Source: an uncultured delta proteobacterium | Lineage (GTDB): Bacteria; Desulfobacterota; Binatia; Binatales; Binataceae | Length of the DNA: 64,000 nt | Assembly: GCA_963794325.1 (NCBI GenBank) | Contig: CAWCDG010000004.1 | Location: 1,184,001 to 1,248,000, forward strand | Reading direction: 5' to 3' | Shown here: positions 41,849 through 49,574 of the stretch, piece after piece | Layout: each line of letters starts with the position of its first letter | Numbering within the stretch: the stretch's first letter is position 1 | Position numbers and translations under genes: made by a program | The notes under the pieces: generated by a model | The model's input: the letters and a program-made list of their open reading frames with translations, nothing else | The model's database searches: none | What the model was told of the DNA's origin: nothing

Positions 41849-42909
41849 CGGACTTTGCCGGAGACGTCTGCGCTCTCGAAGGTCGCCATGTGGTTGAGCA
41901 GGTCGAGCGCCGAATCGATCACGTTCATCGCGAGCGCGGCCCCGGTGCCTTCGCCGAGTCGGAGGTCGAGATCGAGAATCGGACGGAGCTTGAAATGTTC
42001 GAGCGCGAGCTTATGGCCGCCCTCGGCTGAGCGATGGCTGAAAAAGAGATGGTCGAACAATCCCGGACAAATCTTTTCGGCAACCGCAGCGGCAGCGGTT
42101 GCGATGAAGCCGTCAACCACGACCGGAACTTTGGACGCAGCGCCGCCCAGGCATACGCCGGCCATCGCAGCGATCTCGAAACCGCCGAGCGCTGCCAACA
42201 TCGACTCTCCCGACGCGAGCGCATCGCGATGAATCTCGAGCGCGCGGGCGACGACCTCGATTTTGCGGCGGACGCCGGCGTCGTCGAGGCCGGTGCCACG
42301 CCCGACTATCGACTCAGGTCGCAGCCCAGTTAGCGCACACAGGAGCGCGGCGGCGGGAGTGCTGTTCGCGATGCCCATCTCGCCGATGCCTATCAACGTC
42401 GCGCCGTTGGCGGCGAGCTCGCGCGCGATCTCGATTCCCACTTCGAGCGCGCGCGTCGTCTCCTCGGGCGTCATCGCAGGACCGTCGAGGAAGTTGCGGG
42501 TGCCACTGCCGATGCGCCGATAGGTCACTCCTGCGAGCGGCTTAGCGCTTGTATCGATTTTGACCCCGAGGTCAACGACTTTCAGTGAAAAATCGAAGCG
42601 GCGCGCGAGCACGCTGATCGCGGCGCCGCCACTGGCGATGTTGCGAAGCATTTCGGCCGTGACAGCCTGGGGAAATGCGCTGACGCCTTCCTCCGCGACG
42701 CCATGATCGGCGACGAAGACGGCAATCGCGCCGCGGCCGGATTTCACCGATTCGTCATGGCGGATTGCGGCATAGCGGCGCACGAGCTCCTCGAGATGTC
42801 CGAGGCTCCCGGGCGGCTTGGTTAGCGAATTTAGCCGCGCATCGGCCGCCCACGCCGCTTCATTGTCGGGCGGCATGATCGAGGCGATAGTTTGTTTCAG
42901 CAAAGACAT
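41845..42909 (-). CDS. cobT: Nicotinate-nucleotide--dimethylbenzimidazole phosphoribosyltransferase
   Basis: LTKPPGSLGHLE, ADHGV, GEMGIANST, LRLGEGTGA. Confidence 0.95.
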   Translation of the reverse strand: MSLLKQTIASIMPPDNEAAWAADARLNSLTKPPGSLGHLEELVRRYAAIRHDESVKSGRGAIAVFVADHGVAEEGVSAFPQAVTAEMLRNIASGGAAISVLARRFDFSLKVVDLGVKIDTSAKPLAGVTYRRIGSGTRNFLDGPAMTPEETTRALEVGIEIARELAANGATLIGIGEMGIANSTPAAALLCALTGLRPESIVGRGTGLDDAGVRRKIEVVARALEIHRDALASGESMLAALGGFEIAAMAGVCLGGAASKVPVVVDGFIATAAAAVAEKICPGLFDHLFFSHRSAEGGHKLALEHFKLRPILDLDLRLGEGTGAALAMNVIDSALDLLNHMATFESADVSGKVR

Positions 42910-43685
42910 TAGTCGCGCGAGGGTTTGTCGGCGGAATCTTCGGGGAAGATCGAGCGCCAGATCGAATGGTCGTCGATTTTTTTCAACAACGATTCGGCGG
43001 CGGGTGAGGTTCGATCGGTTGCGTCGTTCCACGAATCGAAATGGATCAACGATTTCGGCGGCAGGCGCTGCGCCCAGTCTGCGCTGGCGAGAATCGGGCG
43101 GTCGGGAAATTCGCGCACATAGCCGACGCATAGATAGGCGATGGGAATAACGTCGCCGGGGATGCCGAAAATTTCGGCGAGCACGTCGTTGCGCATGATG
43201 CTGACCCATCCGACGCCGAGGCCCTCGGCGCGCGCGGTCAGCCACAGGTTCTCGACTGCCAGGCACGCCGAGTAGATCTCGACGTCGCGAATGCTGGTCT
43301 TGCCGAGCACGGCCGGGCCGAAGCGATCGGGCTTGCAGGTGACGATCAGATTCATCGGCGCTTCGAGAATGCCTTCGAGCTTGAGCGAGAGATATTTTTC
43401 GCGGCGTTCGCCGCTGAACTGGGCCGCATTCTTCTGGCGCTCGATTTCGAAAACTTCCTTCACCCGGCGGCGTCGCTCGAGGTCGCGCACGACGATGAAG
43501 TCCCACGGCTGAGTGAAGCCGACGCTGGCCGCATGATGGGCCGCGATCAGCACGCGCGCGAGCACGTCGTCGGGAATCGGATCGGAGATGAACTCGCGGA
43601 TGTCGCGGCGGCGGAAGACCGCCTCGTAAAGGCCGCGCTTGAGCGCGTCGGTGAAGGCGTGGCGATTGGGTACGGCGGTCGGCAT
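42909..43685 (-). CDS. bluB: 5,6-dimethylbenzimidazole synthase
   Basis: RRDIREF, SVGFTQPWDF, YLSLKLEGILEAP, ARAEGLGVGWVSI. Confidence 0.93.
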   Translation of the reverse strand: MPTAVPNRHAFTDALKRGLYEAVFRRRDIREFISDPIPDDVLARVLIAAHHAASVGFTQPWDFIVVRDLERRRRVKEVFEIERQKNAAQFSGERREKYLSLKLEGILEAPMNLIVTCKPDRFGPAVLGKTSIRDVEIYSACLAVENLWLTARAEGLGVGWVSIMRNDVLAEIFGIPGDVIPIAYLCVGYVREFPDRPILASADWAQRLPPKSLIHFDSWNDATDRTSPAAESLLKKIDDHSIWRSIFPEDSADKPSRD

Positions 43686-43694
43686 ATCCTTCCT

Positions 43695-43816
43695 ACCTCT
43701 CCCCTCGGGAGAGGTCGACGTGAGTTTGCGAGCGTCGGGTGAGGGCGCGCGCATCGAGCTGAATTCATGCGCCCTCACCCGCGCCCGGAGGCACGTCCTC
43801 TCCCGAAGGGAGAGGT
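43695..43816. repeat. Inverted REP-like doublet (family D)
   Basis: CCTCTCCC..GGGAGAGG...GGGTGAGGG followed by its inverted partner CCCTCACCC...CCTCTCCC..GGGAGAGG. Confidence 0.75.
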
Positions 43817-43837
43817 AAGACTCGGACAAGGACGCCG

Positions 43838-44359
43838 TCAGGCTGCGGCTTTTTTTGCTGCTGCCAGCGCGGCTTCGTAGTTTGGCTGCTCGGCGACTTC
43901 CTTGACGTACTCGACGTAGGTCACGTTGTCGTTCTTGTCGACGACGAACACGGCTCGCGCCAGCAGATGCAATTCCTTGATCAACGCGCCGTAGCTGGTG
44001 CCGAAGCTCGCACTGCGCCAGTCGCTCAGCGTGGTGATCTTGTCGACGCCGGCCGCGCCGCACCATCGCGCCTGCGCGAACGGAAGATCCATCGAGACCG
44101 AGAGAATCTGCACGTCGCCCGGCAGGTTGCTCGCCTCGACGTTGAAACGGCGCGTTTCTGCATCGCATACCGGCGTGTCGAGCGAAGGTACGGTCGTGAT
44201 GATTTTGACTTTGCCCTTGAACTGATCGAGCGTCGCCGGCGCCATCCCCTTGCCGACCACGGTGAAGTTGGGTGCTTTTTGTCCGACCTTGATTTCGGGG
44301 CCGACCAGGGTCATCGGGTTTCCGCGCATCGTAACGGCGCCTTTGCGTTCTTCCGCCAT
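43838..44359 (-). CDS. tpx: Thiol peroxidase (atypical 2-Cys peroxiredoxin)
   Basis: VPSLDTPVC, SMDLPFAQARWC, LLARAVFV. Confidence 0.95.
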   Translation of the reverse strand: MAEERKGAVTMRGNPMTLVGPEIKVGQKAPNFTVVGKGMAPATLDQFKGKVKIITTVPSLDTPVCDAETRRFNVEASNLPGDVQILSVSMDLPFAQARWCGAAGVDKITTLSDWRSASFGTSYGALIKELHLLARAVFVVDKNDNVTYVEYVKEVAEQPNYEAALAAAKKAAA

Positions 44360-44446
44360 GAGTGAATTCTCCTTTGATGATGAATCGAAGATGGAATCGA
44401 GGACGAATCAGAGACTAGCGGCGTCGCTTGAAGAGGTAAAGGAGAA

Positions 44447-44484
44447 GAACCTAACCCCTTCCCGAGCGGGAAGGGGAACCGGGA
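44447..44484 (-). repeat. Repeat family C copy, inverted
   Basis: GAACCTAACCCCTTCCCGAGCGGGAAGGGGAACCGG. Confidence 0.7.
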
Positions 44485-44517
44485 AAAAGAGAGGCGGCGC
44501 GATCTCTGGATTTGAAG

Positions 44518-44910
44518 CTACAGCGCTTTAATTGTGAGCGCGATCAGGCTGACGACAACCAGGATCGCGTTGATGACTGCGGTCGTGATTGCACCGGTCG
44601 AGCGCTTCGATGCCGCGCTCAGGTAGCCGCGCGCATATTCGATTCGCGCGATCAGGAATAGCAATCCCAGCAGCACGCCGGTGCGATAATTCACCGACAG
44701 CGAGAATATCCATACTGCAGGAAGGAAAACGATCAAGGCCTCGAGGGTATTCGCATGCACGCGGAAGTAGCGCTCGAAGTCGGGATTGCCGGTGGTGGCG
44801 GGCGCCTCGACGCCGTAAGTCAGTCGCGCGCGTCCGACCATCACGCCGAGTATCGAGTATTCTAGCAACGCGAGCAGCGTCACTATTTCGAGTCCATGGC
44901 CTCCAAACAT
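44518..44910 (-). CDS. MAPEG-family membrane protein
   Basis: VGRAR..YGVEAPATTG.PDFERYFRVHANTLE. Confidence 0.9.
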   Translation of the reverse strand: MFGGHGLEIVTLLALLEYSILGVMVGRARLTYGVEAPATTGNPDFERYFRVHANTLEALIVFLPAVWIFSLSVNYRTGVLLGLLFLIARIEYARGYLSAASKRSTGAITTAVINAILVVVSLIALTIKAL

Positions 44911-45006
44911 TTGAATCGTACCTCCCCGTGAAGTTGTCGAGCGGCGCCGGCCGCTTGGGATGAAGGTACTCGCGCACGTTGAGAAGTGCGAGATGTGAAA
45001 GCGGGG

Positions 45007-45046
45007 GAACCTAACCCCTAACCACTTCCCTCGATGGAAGGGGAAC
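45007..45046 (-). repeat. Repeat family C copy, inverted
   Basis: GAACCTAACCCCTAACCACTTCCCTCGATGGAAGGGGAAC. Confidence 0.7.
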
Positions 45047-45063
45047 AATCGAGTCAGAAGAGA

Positions 45064-45912
45064 TCACGCGCGGCGGAATTTTGTTTGACGATCGGATTCC
45101 AGTTGGTCGGCGGCTTCGCGCGATGGGCGCGCGGGCATCCATCCTTTGGTGTAATCGATCTCTTCCCACGATCGATCGTTGGCGTCCCACACGTAAGGCA
45201 GCTCAACGATTGTCGCGGGAGCTGTGATCGTTTCGAACGCGCGCATCGCGTCCGTAACTATTCGGCGCTGTAGTTCAGGCTGATCGGGTGGTCCGGTCTG
45301 ATGGCCGAGCGGAAAATTTACGAACACGGCGCGCGGAGGTTTCACCGACTGCGTGATGTCGATAGCGGAAGTCATTGCGAGCGTGGGGATTCCCGCTTCT
45401 TCGACTGCGCGTGCGATCAGCCCAACGGACTGATGGCAAACGGGTCATGCAGGGACGAGGAAGAAAGCGTCGGCGTGCGCGCGCTTAAGTTCATCGACAA
45501 TCTGCGGCGCGAGCTCGTCGCGAACTTTGCGCGCCGAATAAATTCCGCCCATGAAACTGAACGCGGGATCGACGAGTTCACCGATGACGCCGGATGCGGC
45601 GAGCTCGCGCATCCGCTCCAGCGGGAAGACGCAGTTCACGTCACGCTCGGCGTCGCCAGTTGGATAGCCGAAGTGCCAAACGCTCAACTCGTCGCGGCGC
45701 GCATCGATCGGAATTCGGCGATACGACGCGTCCTCGCGGTGGAAGCGCGGCTGGTCGCGATACATTATTCCGCCCGAGCTCATCATGGCGATCCTGCACG
45801 CGGCGATGGGTTTGGAGAGCGGAGTGAATGGCGCGGAATCGTTCTCGACCCATCGGTAGGGAGTGAAATTGTTGTACAGATCGCGGGTGCGGGGAATGTA
45901 TGCGACTGGCAT
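45064..45912 (-). CDS. GrdB/PrdB-like selenoprotein with Sec at TGA 45445-45447 (UxxC motif)
   Basis: Two in-frame ORFs join as ...AFFLVPA-U-PVCHQSVGLIARAVEEAGIPT...; also DVNCVFPLERMREL and FPLGH. Confidence 0.85.
45412..45438 (-). promoter_or_regulatory. Candidate bacterial SECIS hairpin
   Basis: Just 3' of the UGA: UGCC-AUCAGUCC-GUU-GGGCUGAU-CGCA. Confidence 0.65.
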
Positions 45913-46313
45913 GCGACTCACTTTATGACGGCGCATAAGGATTCGGCAAATGGGAAATCCTCAGCGCAGCGCGAACGAGTTCTTGACACTAACCTGGCTT
46001 AGCGAGACGTTGTAGCCCTGAAAATATTCATTCTGGGGGAGCCGTTTGGAGAGTCCGTGTCTTTGACAACGATCAAGCATCAGGCACTCCCCCAATAGAT
46101 GTCTAAACAACAGGGAAGTGCAAGATGCGACGGGTATCGACGGCTAGAGCTAAATACGTTTATCAGGGTCATTGACTCTAGATATGGTTTTCTGCGATGA
46201 ATGGTCCGGCAAAGTGTCCCGGGGGGGACTGCGATTGTAATATTCGGGTTCCCGATTTGGGCGAGGCAGGCCAGAAGCCTTTTCTGGCGCGAGTTTCTAG
46301 GGAGGGACGGTAA

Positions 46314-47264
46314 ATGCACGTATCACTTAAGCATGCGCGGCGCGTATTGCTAAGCGTCGCGGCGGGGGCGCTGTTACTCGCCGCTGCGCCGGGATCCGGT
46401 CAAGCGGATATTCTCACGCTCTGCATCTCGCCGCAGCGTCAGCATGTAGTTTTACCGCTTGGCGGAAGCTGCAATAAGCCGAATCGACTAATCACCTGGG
46501 ATAGCGATGGCGTGGAAGGCCCGAGCGGACCGCAGGGTCCAAAGGGTATGCAAGGACCGCAGGGACCGACCGGCACTCCTGGCGAAATGGGAGCGCAGGG
46601 TCCCGCAGGACCGGCTGGCCCGATCGGGCCGGTTGGAAACGCCGGAGCCACGGGTCCGATGGGCAATGCAGGACCAATGGGTCAGCAAGGACCTGAAGGA
46701 GTGACAGGACCGACCGGAGCAACTGGCCCGATGGGACCGACTGGACTCATGGGAGTAAACGGGATCAACGGCACCCAGTTCTACACCCTCGGCGGTGGCA
46801 ACCTGGGGAGCAACGTCGAACTGCTGTTTGGCTACCAGAGCGTATTGGGCGGCCCGTACGGTCCAACCGGCTATAACCCCTACTGCACGACGGATACTTG
46901 CAGCAATAGCCCGATTTACTACGGTCCGGGGAACGGCGCCGACACGCAACTCGAAAGCGAAGCAGTGCCAATCGACGCTTCAACAGCAACTCAACTCTGG
47001 GTGCAGGTGAAGAACGTGCCGGGGCCGGGCGAGTACTATAAGTTCCACCTCTGTATCAACAAAAACTGCTACTCATCGCCGATCAGCTGCAAAATCGATA
47101 TCCCGAACCTGACTGAGTGCAACGATTTGGTCGACATGCAGAAGTTTAATGCTGGCGACACGATCGCGCTCAAGGGCGAGGCATCCGATGGTGCGGCGCC
47201 TACAGAAGTTTCGTGGATGGTGGTGATGCATCAGACTGGCGGGGACATCCCCGTCGGGCCGTGA
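46314..47264 (+). CDS. Secreted collagen-like protein 1 (30 Gly-X-Y triplets)
   Basis: Signal peptide, small 2-Cys N-domain, uninterrupted GXY, Cys-rich C-terminal beta domain ending IPVGP. Confidence 0.9.
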   Translation: MHVSLKHARRVLLSVAAGALLLAAAPGSGQADILTLCISPQRQHVVLPLGGSCNKPNRLITWDSDGVEGPSGPQGPKGMQGPQGPTGTPGEMGAQGPAGPAGPIGPVGNAGATGPMGNAGPMGQQGPEGVTGPTGATGPMGPTGLMGVNGINGTQFYTLGGGNLGSNVELLFGYQSVLGGPYGPTGYNPYCTTDTCSNSPIYYGPGNGADTQLESEAVPIDASTATQLWVQVKNVPGPGEYYKFHLCINKNCYSSPISCKIDIPNLTECNDLVDMQKFNAGDTIALKGEASDGAAPTEVSWMVVMHQTGGDIPVGP

Positions 47265-47329
47265 GCAGCCGGAACAGGGGAACGCGAATGTCGAGTACGC
47301 GAATGGTAACAGTCAGGGAGGGGACGAGA

Positions 47330-48343
47330 ATGCCTCAATCTTTTAGGAACGCGTGGCGCTGGCTCGTCGGAGTATCGGCGGCTGCGATGTTAATAGGAAT
47401 TGTGTCACCGGCGGCAAACGCCTGGGTTCCGGACACTGGCATCATCAGAATCTGTGTAGGCAACGGCGGCAGAATCGTTGGTGTCAATGTTCCTTGCAAA
47501 AACCACAATTTTGCATTGACCTGGAACATCCCGGGACCTACGGGTCCAGCAGGGGAGCAGGGCTATACCGGCCCGGCTGGCGCACCGGGTGCTGTAGGTG
47601 CGTCGGGTTCGCAAGGCCCGGTTGGGCCAATCGGTCCACAAGGCCCGATGGGCGCTCTGGGTCTTACCGGTCCTATGGGAGCGCAGGGAATGACAGGTCC
47701 GGCAGGGCCGACGGGTGACATGGGTAAACCCGGACCGACCGGACCTGCGGGTCCGATGGGAATGCAGGGACCAAACGCCACGCTTTCATTCGGTCCGGGC
47801 GACAACGTTGAGATCCTGAGCGGCGGAACGCTCGGCGCGACTATCGGCGCCGCTGCGTCGATTCAGCTGACCACGGAATCAGGTGATACGCCCGCCGGAG
47901 GGCCGACCTCCCCGATCTACATGGGACCGGGAAATGGTGCGGCCGCTGCGGGACTTACCTCGCTTCCTCCTGCTCCGACGGCTAATCCCCAGACCAGCGT
48001 CCAGGTGCCAACTCCGGGCGGCGTGGCGTTTAATATGACGGTTTCGATCACACCCCAGGACGCGGGTGCGTTGGGCTCGGATTACACCTTCATTCTGTGT
48101 AACGAAGGGGACTGCAACATACTGACCAATCCACATTGCAAAGTCGCTCATGATGCCCTTCCAGACCCGGATACGATGGTCTGCTCGACCAGCACCTTTA
48201 TTGGAAGCATCCCGACGCTGGCCTACCTGCCGGGCGACACTCTGTCGATACAGGCCTTCAAGTCTGAAGCTATGATACCGACCAACACCGTCGACGTAAG
48301 ATGGTCACTGGATTATGCAATCGACCCTGCGGATGCAATGTGA
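47330..48343 (+). CDS. Secreted collagen-like protein 2 (27 Gly-X-Y triplets)
   Basis: Same architecture; start [10 protein letters not shown] after a purine-rich RBS. Confidence 0.9.
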   Translation: MPQSFRNAWRWLVGVSAAAMLIGIVSPAANAWVPDTGIIRICVGNGGRIVGVNVPCKNHNFALTWNIPGPTGPAGEQGYTGPAGAPGAVGASGSQGPVGPIGPQGPMGALGLTGPMGAQGMTGPAGPTGDMGKPGPTGPAGPMGMQGPNATLSFGPGDNVEILSGGTLGATIGAAASIQLTTESGDTPAGGPTSPIYMGPGNGAAAAGLTSLPPAPTANPQTSVQVPTPGGVAFNMTVSITPQDAGALGSDYTFILCNEGDCNILTNPHCKVAHDALPDPDTMVCSTSTFIGSIPTLAYLPGDTLSIQAFKSEAMIPTNTVDVRWSLDYAIDPADAM

Positions 48344-48430
48344 TTCCGGGACGCGAGGAGGAAAAGAGAGATGAAGTCGCGATCGGAATTCAGCAAGGGT
48401 GGAGGGCAACAGAAAATGGAGGGCGTCAAC

Positions 48431-49420
48431 ATGCCTGCTTCGTTTAAATCCGCGTGGCGTTTGCTGGTCGGTGTGACCGCCGCTACGATACTTTGTCTGG
48501 CAGCACTTCCAGGTGTCGGCCGGGCCGAGAATATCGAGATCTGTATCAACAACACCTCCGGTAGGATCAAGGGCATCAACCTTGGGGTTGGCAACTGCAC
48601 TGGAAATACCAGCGAGCTCGATTGGGTTTCGATCGGGCCTGAGGGACCTACCGGAATGCAGGGCGTAGTTGGTGATCCCGGACTTCAGGGCACGCAGGGG
48701 CCGCAGGGCGGCGTCGGCAACCAGGGGCCATCGGGAGCGATGGGAGCCGCAGGACCGCAGGGTCCGCAGGGCGATATCGGCCAGACCGGACCGACGGGCC
48801 CGGCAGGAATCATGGGTGAGGAAGGAATCCGCGGAGCCACGGGGCTGGCTGGACCTACCGGCATGACCGGACCGTCCGGCACAAATGGAATCCCCGAGCC
48901 GAATATCTCCGTCTTCGCTGGCGGTTCGCTGGGGACGCTGGGAGCGGAAAACGGCACTGATCTATCAGGGAATAACAGTGTCTACGCCAACATCCTGATA
49001 CTTGGACCGGGCAACGGTTCGGACACGGCACCGCCACCGACGACCGACGTACCGATGTCAGAGCCTGGAACCGCGAAACGCCTGTTCGTTAATGTGGACG
49101 CCGATCCCGGAACCGATATGAATATCGGCCTGCCGTCTAGCTTCTATTTCTTTCTGTGCAAGAACGACGACTATCCCGCAAGTTGCGGCCTTTCCTGCAT
49201 CATAACCGCACCCGACACGACGTGCAGCGACCTGATTGGTTCACAGGCATACACTGTGAGCGTCACTCCTCCAGCGCTGCCTGGCCTCCAGCCTGTGCCG
49301 AATCCTGACGAAATGAGTCTGTGGGCATACGCCGACTATCCGGGAGCGAATCACGCCAACGTGAAATGGTCAGTGACCTACGATCACGGCAATCCTATCC
49401 TTATCCCTGTCGGGCCGTAA
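48431..49420 (+). CDS. Secreted collagen-like protein 3 (29 Gly-X-Y triplets)
   Basis: Same architecture; start MPASFKSAWR after GGAGG; ends IPVGP. Confidence 0.9.
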   Translation: MPASFKSAWRLLVGVTAATILCLAALPGVGRAENIEICINNTSGRIKGINLGVGNCTGNTSELDWVSIGPEGPTGMQGVVGDPGLQGTQGPQGGVGNQGPSGAMGAAGPQGPQGDIGQTGPTGPAGIMGEEGIRGATGLAGPTGMTGPSGTNGIPEPNISVFAGGSLGTLGAENGTDLSGNNSVYANILILGPGNGSDTAPPPTTDVPMSEPGTAKRLFVNVDADPGTDMNIGLPSSFYFFLCKNDDYPASCGLSCIITAPDTTCSDLIGSQAYTVSVTPPALPGLQPVPNPDEMSLWAYADYPGANHANVKWSVTYDHGNPILIPVGP

Positions 49421-49448
49421 TTGTAGAATCCACCGTTGAATTGAGAGT

Positions 49449-49482
49449 GAAAGCCCTTGGGTAACTCCAGGGGCTTTCTTTT
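49449..49482 (+). terminator. Intrinsic terminator after the collagen genes
   Basis: GAAAGCCCTTGG/CCAGGGGCTTTC stem plus T-tract. Confidence 0.75.
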
Positions 49483-49574
49483 ATTGGACGAGGGGGATTG
49501 GACTGTTGGTCGGAAGAGGAGGACTTCCTTTGAAAGCACAGCCCAGATTGATTTCCAGCTACGAACGAGTCGCA

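Noticed and set aside
42909-44168. Long N-terminal extensions of bluB, cobT, atpA and the P450 in the ORF track
   Set aside because: The extensions overlap neighbouring genes or repeats; family homology starts at downstream ATGs.
46034-46240. Riboswitch (e.g. c-di-GMP) upstream of the collagen genes
   Set aside because: A GGGGGAG/CTCCCCC pairing exists, but I could not match any aptamer consensus.
46314-49420. Collagen genes as prophage tail fibres
   Set aside because: All three have Sec-type signal peptides and no phage genes are nearby.
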